NCBI RefSeq assembly: GCF_039654945.1
Contig: NW_027361819.1
Span: 1,302,001-1,366,000 of the forward strand
DNA length: 64,000 nucleotides
Direction: 5' to 3'
Source of the DNA: Dendrobates tinctorius
Taxonomy: Eukaryota
Part shown: piece after piece, positions 12,857-25,548 of the stretch
How positions within the stretch are numbered: the first letter of the stretch is position 1
Layout of the letters: every line of letters begins with the position of its first letter
Notes under the pieces: model-generated
Seen by the model: the letters and a program-made list of their open reading frames with translations, nothing else
Databases searched by the model: none
What the model was told of the DNA's origin: nothing
Translations under genes and position numbers: made by a program

Positions 12857-13390
12857 ACTAGATGAAGAGCCCGGCATTGCCCGGGTATAGTAACTAACTG
12901 CCGTCACGCTCTCTCCCTCCAAAGCCCCGCTCTCCACTCGCCATCCCGCATTCTCCCAAAGCAGCCCCGCTCTCCATCCACCGTCCCCGCTCTCTCCCTC
13001 TGCAGCCCCTGTCTCCACTGGCCGTCCTGGTCTCTCCCTCCGCAGTCCCTGCCTCCACTGGCCATCCTGCTCTCTCCCTCCGCAGCCCCTGTCTCCACTG
13101 GCTGTCCCACTCTCTCCCTCCGCAGCCCCACTCTCCACTGGCCGTCCCTCTCTCTCCCTCCGCAGCCCCGCTCTCCACTGGCCGTCCCGCTCTTTCCCTC
13201 CGCAGCCCCTGTCTCCACTGGCCATCCCGCTCACTCTCTCCGCAGCCCCTGACTCCATTGGCAGTCCCGCTCTCTCCCTCCGCAGCCCCGCTCTCCACTG
13301 GCCATCCTGCTCTCTCCCTCCACAGCCCTGCTCTCCACTGGCCGTCCCGCTCTTTCCCTCTGCAGCCCCTGACTCCACTGGCCTTCCCGA
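12857..13390. repeat. 40-bp minisatellite behind an ACTAG...CCCGG-n-CCCGGG element head (Helentron/DINE-like)
   Basis: About 12 copies of GCCGTCCCGCTCTCTCCCTCCGCAGCCCCGCTCTCCACTG at 12900-13385. Confidence 0.75.
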
Positions 13391-13815
13391 TCTCTTCAAG
13401 GCCCCCACATGTCACGTTTTTAGGATTTCCATAGAATTGCACAGGTGAGGGAATTCCTGATGCCATGATGATACGCCTTTCACCAGGGGAATGCAAAGGA
13501 AATCCTGAGAACATGACATATTGGGGGCTGTGAGGACTGGAGTGTGGGAAACCCTGATCTAGGGGAAAAAAAATATATATAGCAGCAATTCTGTAATTGT
13601 TTTTTTATTTTATCAGTGTTCACAAAGCAGGATAATTAACATGATAACGTTAGGATATGTGGTAAATGATAAATATTGTGGATATGATAAAGTTACAGAT
13701 GTGGTGATATCAATGTTATATTATTTTTATATCTAACTTATATTTAGAGTTGCTATAGATGCGGTATTATGAATTATACATTTTTATTTAAATTATTACT
13801 TTTGCATAATAAAAC

Positions 13816-14588
13816 TGTAAGAGAATGGTCAGCCATAATATATTGAGCGGCCATGATGAGTCAGGCAGCCATCTTGTCGAAAGTTAGAGAAGATTCAACT
13901 TTTACAAAAGAGCTAATAAAATGTACTAAATGGAGGATGGAAAATGAGATCATTTCTCCTACCAACCTCAGTATATGTGCATAGACGAAGATTGGATCAA
14001 TAGGGGAATAAGGTTACCAAATATATGGTCAATGTGCGTATACGTGATAGTTTTGGAAGAAAGAACAGAATCATTAAAATGTCAAATGCATGAATTTATG
14101 GATCAAGCCTGAAGATTAAGGACAGTAGCCATAGATACCAATGACTTATGGGTTTTAGTGTTGCTTGGAGAAACATTAATGTCTTCGTATTATGTCATTA
14201 TATTCTCTGTTCTAAACCATGTTTCTCTAGAATTACCATGTAAACACCTTAGAATTATCATGTAAAACGCCCTCTGCGGCAAGATGCAGCTTTCTTTGTT
14301 CTCATAATGTATAAGAAGCCCCTGTTACTGTCGATCGGGGCCATTCCATCGCCATCATGCCACTGTGCCTCACCATGGCCAGGGCACAGAGCCTTATCAC
14401 CGCTAGATCTCCTAGTAAATCTCTGCCCGTCTGAATTCCTGTTTTTGCCCGCATATTTCAACTTCTCTGATTGTCCGTTCTGTTTTGCCGTGTATCTCCT
14501 GAATAAACTTCAACCTCAGCTCAACGAGAAGATCGTCTCCAGTTTTGTTCGGCTCTTCCAGCTCTCTCAATAAGAACTTTTTCTTACA
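13816..14588 (+). mobile_element. Solo LTR, family B
   Basis: TGTAAGA...TCTTACA termini and a 5-bp TSD AAAAC. Internal TATA-like TATAAGAA near 14310 and AATAAA near 14502. Confidence 0.85.
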
Positions 14589-17439
14589 AAAACCATTTTA
14601 AAAAAAATTGTTGTTGCTATATTGAACCGCTGCACCCCAAAATTTTGTTTTTAAACTTCTACACTACAAGTTTCCTTACGGCCAGGTTCACACAACTGTA
14701 CTACATGTCAGGCCAGTCACATGCACAAATCATGAATGCACCTGGCTCCGTGTGCAGCTCCACATTCTCGACTACGAGGCGGACAATTGCTCCCTGCCAT
14801 TCATATGCACTTGTTTTGTCGGTAAATCAGACCAACGTTGTGCATGCTGCAATTTTTTCCCGACAGATCATTGATCCATGTGCAAAAGCTACTGTATAGT
14901 GAGTATAATTGCTGACCAGATCCTGATATAGAGATAGGAACACCAGCATCCACCTTGGACACCCAAAGTGCGTTTCGCCCCAGGCTTTATCTGAGGGTAC
15001 AGAGGTGGAGAATGTGGGTAAAGATGGAATATTCATTACTGCTTACAAAGAGGCGCCATTTTGCAGAAGGATGTAACCAATAGATGGAGCTGGGTGAGTG
15101 CTGTAAATATGGAAATAATTGTGCACCGTTTATGGCAAGTGCCACTGTCTGCTGTGCCCTCTTCCCCCAACCCCCAGGTAGTGTGCGATTCAGAGGCCTC
15201 CCTACCTTTCTGTTATGGATAAGTGTTTGGTTACCTTTCACTGTGGCCAATTATAGCCAGAGGGACTAGTACAGCCCCTTGCTCGTGGTTTTAAAAGCCC
15301 CCCTGCGTGCCAGTCTCTTCCTCTTCCCTTTTGGGTTCCGGAAGTGCTCTCGCCCCACGAGCGCGCCCCATTTTTTGTGTGTTTTAATAAATGTTATTTC
15401 ATTATAGAAATTCAAGGCCGTTTCAGTTAAAGAAAGGAAGCACCGGGACGTTTCGACCACGTAGGCCGACTTGTCCGCTGACATGCTGCAGGGCATTTGG
15501 TTGCTATTCTTGTGTTTTTAGTGGCTTCCTTTTATTGTTATAGTGTATATATGTTACAGTGAAGCTGTGACCGACCGCCATCCATCCACCGATGTGTCGT
15601 TATTTGTTCTACGGGGTTTTGGAGGGAGGGGAGGCACCTGGGGTCATATTGGGGTCGTTGCAATCAGCAATACTGAAGAAATGTTTGGGGAGAAGACGCA
15701 TAAATAACCGATAGATGACAATGTGTTAGCGCTACAAAGAAAAAAACATAACAGTAGAAGAATCAACTGGACAAAGACCAAAAGTTTTTTTTATGTTAAT
15801 AAAGGCATTAAAAGTGGAAAAAGGGAGATTTGCATTTCTTATATGGATTTTTTTTTTAACTTTTGTTACTTAGTCCCAGTAATGATTGCTGGTATAATGC
15901 ACCGCAGAGCTTCTGTATTATACAGCTTTATGTAGGGTGCTGGCTACAAGCTGAACTTGGAGGAAGCTGCCATCCAGAGCTCCACCAGTCAGGATTGAAT
16001 CCGGCTCCATGTAGGGCTGATTTCCACCCGAGACCCTGAGGAACAGCTTTATTGGTCTCTTGCCCCAATGAGAGCACTTTTGTAGTTGCGGCCTATTGCA
16101 GCACTTGGAGACTGGAGCACAATTTTCACCTGGTCCAAGGATATCCTGCCCCGGATCAGCACGGAATGCAAATGAAATAGCCTGATACTTGTACTTCTGC
16201 CTCCTGTATGACACTGACCAATCATAAGCAGGCAGCAACATTGAAGTGTTGAAGGACCAGTGATGATGTCATCAAGGTCACATGACTTGAGCCCGCTGGT
16301 CCTGCCAGTCGCATTGTGCAGCTAAATGAGCACTGAAGTATGGAAATAGTAACTCAAGGATTGGTCAGGTAGCTGGGTCAAAACAAGGAGGGGAGAGAAG
16401 GTACAAAATCAGAAGACGCATTAGTAGACACTAGTCATTAAACAGGCCCTGGTCAAAACTGGAAAAAAAAATACATGCGATAGGAGCTGCTGAGCTGACG
16501 TTTTTATTGATATAATTTTGGTGTAGATACAATGTTTTGATCGCCCGTTATTGCATTTCATTGCCTTGCTGCGGCGACGCAATTCTGGTGTTTTTACTTT
16601 TCTCGTTACGCCATTTACCGATCAGATTATTTTATATTTTTATAGATTTGGTGATTCTGAATGCGGCGATACCAAATGTGTATTTATGATTTTTATTTGT
16701 TTTATTTTGAATGGGGCAAAAGGGGGGGGTGATATGAACTTTTATATTTTTTTAATATTGTTAAAAACATTTTGTTACACTTTTTCCTGGCTTTAATATT
16801 TTCCTTGGGAGACTTGAAGCTGCGATCATACAATCACCTGTGCTAGACATAGTAGAGCTTCAGCCCTGCAATGTGTAGCAAAAATAATCATCTGTTAACA
16901 GCCACGGGTGGAATTCGATTCCACCCACGGCTGTTAGGGGCATATGACAGTTGATCAGATCAGTTATCATGTGCCAGAAAAAATGTGGGCTCAGAAAATC
17001 TGCAATTCAAAAACTCATTGTGGGAAAGTAGCCTTAGGAGGTATATGTAATCTCTTTCTGTGGATCAGCTTCTAGTAATACACTGGGAGCTTTAATAGGG
17101 TGTGTTGCTTTCCAATTCCCCAAAGCAGGAAGTTGATCAAAGAATTGTAGAATCCCAGAATGTTAGCGTTGGGCAGGACTTCCAGGGTCATCATGTCCAA
17201 CCCTCTGCTCAATAACGTCAGTTAGACAGCACACACTCTCATACTGCCAGACTGGGTGAAACTATAAATCCCAGCCGACCTACTCAGTGGCAGAACAGAG
17301 CCTGCACTGCCCAGTTTCTGGTTCCTACATCTCCTATATCACCAGTAGCACCTGGTGACAGAAGCAGACACCCCAGAGGAGATGTGACAGACATACAGTA
17401 TATGGAGCTCGTTTCAGCAGTATATCTGCTTTTAATTTA

Positions 17440-17691
17440 TTTATTGTGCATATATAGCGCCATTAATTCCACAGCACTTTACAGACATCATCATCATTGT
17501 CCCCATTGGGATCACAATCTACATTTTCTATAATTATGTCCTTAAATTGTGGGTGGAAATAGAAGAACCTGAAGTAAACCCACACAAATACGGGGTGAGC
17601 ATACAAACTTCTGCCAGATGTTTCCTTGGTGGGATTTGAGCCCATGGCCCCAGCATTGCAAAGCAAAAGTACTAACCACTGAGCCAACATG
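17440..17691 (-). mobile_element. Degenerate tRNA-derived V-SINE
   Basis: Minus-strand TGGCTCAGTGG A-box and a decayed B-box; homologous to 56363-56645. Confidence 0.75.
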
Positions 17692-18430
17692 ACTCTTTAT
17701 TGCAGGGAAAAAGGATGGAAAAAAAATGTATGTGGATTATATACAGATCTATAAATTAAGAAATAGAGCCGAAAATCGTTTTCTTGGAGAGCACTAGACG
17801 GAGAGATAACACTTCCCCTGGACGCTAGTTTTCTTGTATAATCAAGCAACAATTAATGACCACAGAGTAGAAAGTTAAAGGTGCACAGCCACCTGAATCA
17901 CATCGATGCCGCGCGTCATGTAACTCACGCTGTGACTTTGTACGTCTTCTTTGAGCACTTTATGTGAATAAAGTATTCATGATTCGTTGAGCTGGATCTT
18001 TCTACTTTGTGGTCTTCCAACGCCTTTCCAATCTCCGAGCACCCTCAGGGTGCCATCCACAGTGAGCTGGATTTTATTGCTCCAACAATTATTGAAACCA
18101 GCAGCGAAAATGAGAGAGAGATGACATCAATAGTACAAAGAAAGAAAAGTGAGGATTGTGCCCGTACAAAACATTACATAAGAAAAAGCTTTATGTCAGG
18201 AGTAGAATGACGCGTCCATGTTCTTCAGGAACGAGCCAACCGTCAGTACAATAATCTACAACTAAGTTTGCAATCCGATACCTGATTTGGTTAATTATTT
18301 TCTTCCTGAGCATAAATCAGCAATAAACATAAACTCTGATCTGTAGGGTTAAAAGTTTATTCATAGAACTCTCCGCCCTTCTTACGCAAGGAAAATATTT
18401 AGCTTTAGGTTCCTGCTCTTTCCCACTACA

Positions 18431-19993
18431 ATGGCGTCTGCGGAGCTGAGGGAGGAGCTGAACTGCTCCATCTGCCTGAGCCTCTATACAGATCCCGTAT
18501 CCCTGAGATGTGGACACAACTTCTGCCGCTCGTGTATTGTGAGTGTGCTGGATGCCCAGGAGGCGGCTGGAGGGTATTCCTGTCCTGACTGCAGAGCAGA
18601 ATATCCGGAGCGTCCGGCCCTGGAGAAGAACCGGAAGCTGGAGAATATAGTGGAGCGTTTCTCATCTACTCAGCCTGATATGGAGAAGACCAGGATCTAC
18701 AATACTTACTGTGATTCTCCTACCCCGGCTGTAAGGACATGTTTGCAATGTGAGACCTCTGTGTGTGAGGAACATCTCGCAGACGATAACAAGTCGATGA
18801 ATCACAATCTACTTGAACCTACCCTGACATTTAAGGGTCAAAAATGCTCCACACACAATGAGATCCTGAAATACTACTGTCCTATAGACATCGTCTGTAT
18901 CTGCGAGTCCTGCTGGGTGGCTGGAGACCACAAGGGACATGACGTGGAACTACTGGACATGGCTTCAGAGACGACAAAGGAGAAACTGGAGAAATTTTTG
19001 GATGATCTAAACCCACAAAAAACACAAATCCAAACAAGAGTTAAGCATCTGCAGGAACATAAGAGGAAGATCCAGGAGAAAGCCTCCGATAAGAGGAAGA
19101 ACATCAGTAAGATATTTATGGACATTAAGGAGAAACTGGAAATAGCAGAAAAGAAAGCGCTGAGCGAGGTCTCGAGGCAGGAGGAGAAGATTGTGTCCCA
19201 GATATCTGATCTGATCAGGAAGCTGGAAATACAGAACAACGAGCTGTCCAGGAAGATGCGTCATATGGAGGAGATGTGTCGTGTCACCGACCCAGTAAGA
19301 CTCTTACAAGAAAGTGACATTACAGTAAGTAGTCATGGAGGAGATGAGGACACAGGAGGAGATGGTGGAGAGGTCGGTACTGAGGAGGATCTGGATGAGG
19401 TTCTGATCTCACTGATCTTATACCGATCTATGAGGGATATTGTTACCAATGTAACATTAGAGCTCGGGATCCATGTCCCAGACATATTGCTGAATGTGGA
19501 CACTGCTCATAGAAGGGTTAAGATATCAGAAGATTTGAAAATAGCAACAGAATCAGAAGAACAGGAGAAACCAGAATCACCAGGAAGATTTGTGACATTT
19601 CCCCAGGTGTTAAGTAGACCTGGCCTCTCTTCAGGGCGACATTACTGGGAGGTAGTGTGGGACCAGATAGGAATATGTGGCATCGGATTGTCCTATCCCA
19701 GTATAGAAAGGGATGGAGGACAGTCTGGTATTGTATATAATGATAAATCTTGGTCTTTGTACATGTATGATGGTCAATATGGAGTATATCACAACTCCCT
19801 AGGATTAATTCTCAATGTAAAGCCAACATGTCCAAAACTTGGGGTCTTTTTAGACTATGAGGCCGGGCGTCTGTCCGTCTATGAGCTGTGTGACCCCATC
19901 AGACACTTACACACCTTCACTGCCTCCTTTAGTGAACCCCTTCATGTTGTCTTCCATTTGTATGATAAGGCCTCTGTCAAAATAAGAAGCTGA
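18431..19993 (+). CDS. TRIM E3 ligase copy 2 (intact ORF, degenerate B-box1)
   Basis: 520-aa ORF with RING, B-boxes, coiled coil and complete PRY/SPRY (LDYEAGRLS...EPLH). Confidence 0.95.
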   Translation: MASAELREELNCSICLSLYTDPVSLRCGHNFCRSCIVSVLDAQEAAGGYSCPDCRAEYPERPALEKNRKLENIVERFSSTQPDMEKTRIYNTYCDSPTPAVRTCLQCETSVCEEHLADDNKSMNHNLLEPTLTFKGQKCSTHNEILKYYCPIDIVCICESCWVAGDHKGHDVELLDMASETTKEKLEKFLDDLNPQKTQIQTRVKHLQEHKRKIQEKASDKRKNISKIFMDIKEKLEIAEKKALSEVSRQEEKIVSQISDLIRKLEIQNNELSRKMRHMEEMCRVTDPVRLLQESDITVSSHGGDEDTGGDGGEVGTEEDLDEVLISLILYRSMRDIVTNVTLELGIHVPDILLNVDTAHRRVKISEDLKIATESEEQEKPESPGRFVTFPQVLSRPGLSSGRHYWEVVWDQIGICGIGLSYPSIERDGGQSGIVYNDKSWSLYMYDGQYGVYHNSLGLILNVKPTCPKLGVFLDYEAGRLSVYELCDPIRHLHTFTASFSEPLHVVFHLYDKASVKIRS

Positions 19994-21082
19994 GGCCGAT
20001 GTCGTCCACATCACCTTATAATTACATTATTCCTTGTCACATGGACACATCTGTATATAGTGAGTTATCAGCGGGACCCTCTAATAATACAATGTATATG
20101 GCGGAGTCATTGGGGGATTTTACCAATTGGATTATTTTGCCTTCCTCATTGATCAGATGCAGAATCAATGATTGAGCAATTTGTAAATATTATTGGATGA
20201 ATTATCCTGAGACTGATAATTTTTATTCCGTAAAAGGTTAATCCTATCTGATAAAGTGCTGGTATATAGCTGGGATATGTCATGGTGATGGCCCATAGAC
20301 AGTATGATACCTTACTGTGCGGCCCACATACAATGAGTAGCAAAATAGAAAATAAAATCCTCCCCTTGCCTCGTTCACTTGATGCTCTGCTCTGGTCGGT
20401 GCCCAGTGTGGACTGAGACTCTGCGCAGCAGGCGATGACAACATAGGAATCAGAGGCACAGGCTGAATGGTGCAGCAGGGAGCCGACGCCTCGTGTCCCA
20501 TCATTGTGTTCTACTGTAGCTGCATCCGGAGCTGTAAGTGCAGGAGGGTTGGATGTTGCACTTGCAATTTTCCTGCTTCTTTCCCTGGTCACTGTCCGCC
20601 GCCTGTCAGTCAGAGGCAAGCGTCATCAGGTGGGGAAAAGGGAGAGAGTCAGGAAAGCTGCAAGTGCAACATCCAACCCCACTGCACTTGCAGCTCATTA
20701 GCATTCAGATTTCAACTAGGGATTTCACTACAGCAGAAAAATGGATTTCTTCGAGAAAGGTCAATATTTCATCCAAATTATATCACCTTTACATATCTGC
20801 CATTAGTTTAGGATATGAAGTCCTGATGGCAGGTTCCCTTTAAGATGGATGAACTCAGGCCTCCGAAATGCTTCCTTCAGGAAGGACTATAACATTGATA
20901 AACTGTGGATTTCCATTATTTACTTCTCTAGTGTGATATAAACCTATTAGATCCATTCAGTCCTGCTGAGAGTCTTATTGGCGGGTTCACTCCTGGACTG
21001 TGACAAGAACTTCATGACTTCATCAGAGACCCCTCTAGATTATTATAAGGACTGGTCAACCTTCAGGCTGGGAAGATGAATC

Positions 21083-22409
21083 TGTGGCGCCCCTGAGGCT
21101 CAGTCACCACAGAGGTACTGCACCTCCTCCTGAGGTGTGGTGCCCCACCATCCAGGTAAGTTGGAGGCTCCTGACCACGCTCCAACACTCGCACTCCACA
21201 CAGCAGAGTAGTTCAGCAAAACCACATTGCGGCTCCTTGCTTAGAGAGTAGCAGAGCACCTTTGGTGGCTCCCTGCTTGGAACACTAAACGTGCTGGGAG
21301 GCGGGTGGAGTTGAGAATCCATAAAAGAGCGGGAAGGTTTAGAATTTCAGTGAGTCAGTCAGTAGGTCAGTCTGAGAGAGGAAGCCGCTCAGAGAGGAGT
21401 GAGGAAAGAAGATCCCTGAGAGAGGGATGGAGGAAGGAGGTGCTGCAGCAGACCTGAGTGACCCGGGTCTTCTGGCACGGGAAAGGAAAGAAGGAGAAAG
21501 ACATTGAACTGAAACCTGATCTTCCATAAGAAGGAAAGACTAGTACGGAACGTAGGAGTAAAAAGGAACAGAGAGGACGTGGGTTAGGGGAAGAACCCTG
21601 CCTAGAAGTTCTAAGCGCAAGGCCGGGGCTCGGTCCCCGAGGTTGTATGGACACTAATGGTTCTGCAGCAGACACCGGTGGAGTAGTGGGCTGTAAATGC
21701 ACTACTCCCATCTAAGACTTGGGGCACAACAGCAACTCGGATAGTGAGCCGGGACTCAGGAGTAAGGAGTCCCTGAAGCAGGCTACAGCTGTCTGCCGTA
21801 CAAGTAGAGTTCTTGGGAACATCAGTCAGGAGGCACTCCAGTGTAACTCAGTACTGGGAGTACTTCACACTTAAAGGCGCTATAGAGGAGACGTTCAGAA
21901 AGGTACATGTTGGCGGAGCGTTGGAAGGGAGCATTCCATCTTGCCTGGAGGTTGACTGAGTCCCTGACCCGGAGGACACGGCACGGAGGCAGGCACCTGT
22001 GTGTACTACAGATTGTGAGTAAAGCTTTGGAACTACAAGCCCTGGTGTCCTCCATTCATTCTTGCGCCAACGCACCCAGCACCGCTACATCTGGGTCCCA
22101 GCTTCTACACAGCTTGTGCCTCTCCTCTAATTCCACATCTACACTGCCCTGGGACTACAGCTCCACCTGTGGGGAGCTTCACCATCTTAGCTGCAACCAC
22201 ACCATTAGCCCCAGAGGATCTGCATGCAGCGTCGGCCTAACATTTCACTTGCCGAACACCACAGGTGGTGTCACAAACTATTCATTTAACTACATTCCAC
22301 CACCATTTCAATTCCCCCATTACTTGGGCGCCCAGGGCCACGGTCCGGGTTACCGCTGCTGTGACACATCCCACTGATACCGGCCCGGTACCGAGTACCC
22401 CGCGGCCCA
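21083..22409. mobile_element. Solo LTR, family A
   Basis: TGTGG...CCCA termini with a 4-bp TSD AATC (21079-21082, 22410-22413). Confidence 0.85.
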
Positions 22410-24853
22410 AATCTCTTCTGGTCCTGGCATAGTTGAGTGCCTTTAGACATTAGTTCTGCAGGGAGGGGGGGAAAGTCTCCAGAAAAAAAACATCAAATCA
22501 TCTAAATAAGTTGTCAGGAATAATAGGCTAGAGCAGCATGACGGCTGCTACTGTGACCTGGACTTGTCTGATCTTCAGCAATTCTCTTGGTATCATGTAA
22601 ACTGGAAGAAACCTGTAGGTCAGTTTGAACATCCAAGGTGGAGAAGCACCATGCACTCCCAAGTGATAGTCCCCTGATGAAGGGAAAAAAAAAATATGTG
22701 ACTTGGCAGTGAGCATGTCTGCGTCTAAATGGGTCTTTGAAACATTGCACATCTTATTGATCTGCTCTAGATCTTTATTTCAGAGACATGATCTTTGACT
22801 GCTGAACCTCGTCTCGATTAGCGATGATATTGAAGGAGCTGTAATGCTTACTATTATTTATTCTGGCCTGTACAGACCACAAGATCTAGATACTAAATGG
22901 CACACTCGTCCCCGAGACATCTTCCACATGTGAGGGAGTAAAGATTTCACAATTATAGAGTTCACCTATCGGTCATTGGTCCAGGATCTCTCTGTAGGTT
23001 TAGTGAGTGCCATAAGGACCTGCAGCCATTTGCTGCTCTCATAAATCGTAATGTCTATGGATGCCAATGGTTTCTCCATAGAACAGGAGAAAGGAAGAGA
23101 ATATCTCCGAGGGATTTATGACAAAGTCTAAGAAGATATTTGTTCTTTTTGGAACAATGTCCAATTTTCATAATTGAGGTGACCAAAAAGTAAAATGCCT
23201 TAGTCTCCATATATATGGACTGTGCATCCAAAAATAAGATTATAATGAAAATTCCAGTGATGTAATAAGAAACATTAGTTTATTAAAAATCCCAAAAGTA
23301 TTATTGGTTAAAGGGTTCAAGCCCTTCTTCAGACTCAGATGACAAGCAAGCACAGCAGGGCAGTATAACTGTGGAACATGGAGCCAAAAGTATCACAACC
23401 ATCTAATCACAACCTGCACAGCAGAGTTAGGAGAGGCCATCATGTGTATAACAGACCATGGTAGAAGTCTTACAAAATATGTACCCATTTCAGTAAAAAA
23501 TATCAATATCTCTTTTTGAGGAGTGTGGGGTGGCCCAATGTGAACATTTGCATGGGGCATTGTGATTTCTACATATTCCACTGCCAGCAATACCAAGTAA
23601 ATAATTTTCTCTCCTTCAGTGTGACTGGTCTTCTTCTTCATTACAGGCAGATTGTACTGGTACATAGAGCTACATCTCTATTTATCAGTGCATTTCTATG
23701 TACTTATTTCAATGTATTCTAGGGGTAAAATAAAAAAATAAAAAAAATCAGATATTTTTTCTTCCTTTAAAACTACTAAAAAATAATGAAGAACATTTAC
23801 AATAATAAATTTTTTACTGCGCTTTTTAAAAAATAAACATCACATCCTCAAATAACAGACATATTTGGTGTTCTTGTAATTGTAACAATCTGTTCAATAC
23901 GGCGATCGGATTATTTACGGTGATCGGTAAATGGTGTCATTGATATTTTCTTAATTAAACCCAGAAATTAGTATTAATGTAACACTGAAGCCGTATTCAC
24001 ACACAGTGTAAACGCTGCGTGTTTTCTGCAGGTTCCGCACCACATAACGCAATAACAATCTTTTCTGATTTTTATGTTTTTGCTGCATTTTTTATGCCTT
24101 TTCCTGTCTATTTGATACATTTGTGGTGCAGATTTGAAGCTGCGTTTTTTAAATATTAGATTCTGCATTTAAAAGAGCAACTGCGTGTTTTTCTTTGCAT
24201 TTTTTCAGGCTCCACAGATAAAAAAAAAAAAAAACACCGAAATCGCACAGTTCAGCAGCGTCTTTAGACACAGCGGGCAGCAGTTCTCATGAATTCACAT
24301 CCATTTTGTTTACACCGTTAGGTCGTGTTCACACATGGTGTAAATGCTGCGTTTTTATGCTGCTACTTTTTTGTGTGCAGAAAATCTGCTGCGTTTAACT
24401 GTCCAAGCAAAGTGGATGTGATTTCATGTAAACTCGTGCCCGCTGTGATCTAAAGACGCTGCTGAACTCTGCGGTATTGGGGCTTTTTCCTAATTAAGAG
24501 CCTGAAAAAAAACACAGTTGTGTTTTATTTAAAGCAGAATGAAAGTTTTTCTGAAGTATTAAAAAAAAAAAAAACATTAAAAACGCGGCTTCACATCTGC
24601 ACCAAAAACGACCAAAAGAAGGAAAAAGGAAAAAAAAAACGCAGCAACAATGTAATAATCAGAGAAGATTGTTATTGTGAAGTTTGGTATGGTTATTGCA
24701 GGAAATGTGCAGAAAAAAATGCGGCATTTAAGCGACATGTGAACACAGCCTTACAGAACGTTACAGAATATTTCGCAAAACGGCTCTTTAAAAAAAACAA
24801 AACAAAACACTGATGAAATACTGACATGTGAATGAGGCCTAACATTGTAATAA

Positions 24854-25037
24854 GGCCACGTTCACACGTTCAGTATTTGGTCAGTATTTTACATCAGTAT
24901 TTGTAGTCAAAATCAGGAGAGGAACAATCAGAGGAAAAGTAAAATAGAAACTCGTCGTCACCACTTCTGGATTTATCACCCACTCCTGGTTTTGGCTACA
25001 AATTCCGGTGTAAAATACTGACCGTGTGAACGAGGCC
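24854..25037. mobile_element. PIF/Harbinger-type MITE
   Basis: TIRs GGCCACGTTCACACG / CGTGTGAACGAGGCC with a 3-bp TSD TAA. Confidence 0.8.
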
Positions 25038-25548
25038 TAATAAATAAGAGAATCTTCCTAATCATATGAGAAAATCACTAATAAGACACTGATGAAAATC
25101 GGAACAAAACCACCGATGGACAACGGTTTATGATTTCATGGACGTCAGAATGAGACCTAAAGATGAGTCCTTCATCAGGCACATATGGAGTCGTCTGTTG
25201 GACTCCGACTGTTTATTTCAGTCTGATAGGAAAAGGTGCAGATCAATTTTACTTTACTCAACTCAAGATTTGCAAAAACTTTTCTTTGTATGAAGTAAAG
25301 TTTCATGAGTTTTCTGCTTACTTCTCCTTCCACAAACTGGTGGTGGATTCTCTTGATGACCAGGTGGAGTCACTCCAACTCCTAATCCTACACCAGATCC
25401 TCATGGCTGATCATTAAGTCCTTTCTTCCTAAGTATGGAACAGCAGTGATCACAACCATGAAGCTGAGGGGTTAATTATTCTCAAATTCAACCACCCTTC
25501 TTATGGAAAGAAACTTTTAGCGTCTGGTTCCTGCTCTTTCCCACTACA

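Noticed and set aside
22500-23150. Possible L1-type ORF2 remnant
   Set aside because: Only a faint motif resemblance; it needs a BLASTx search to support.
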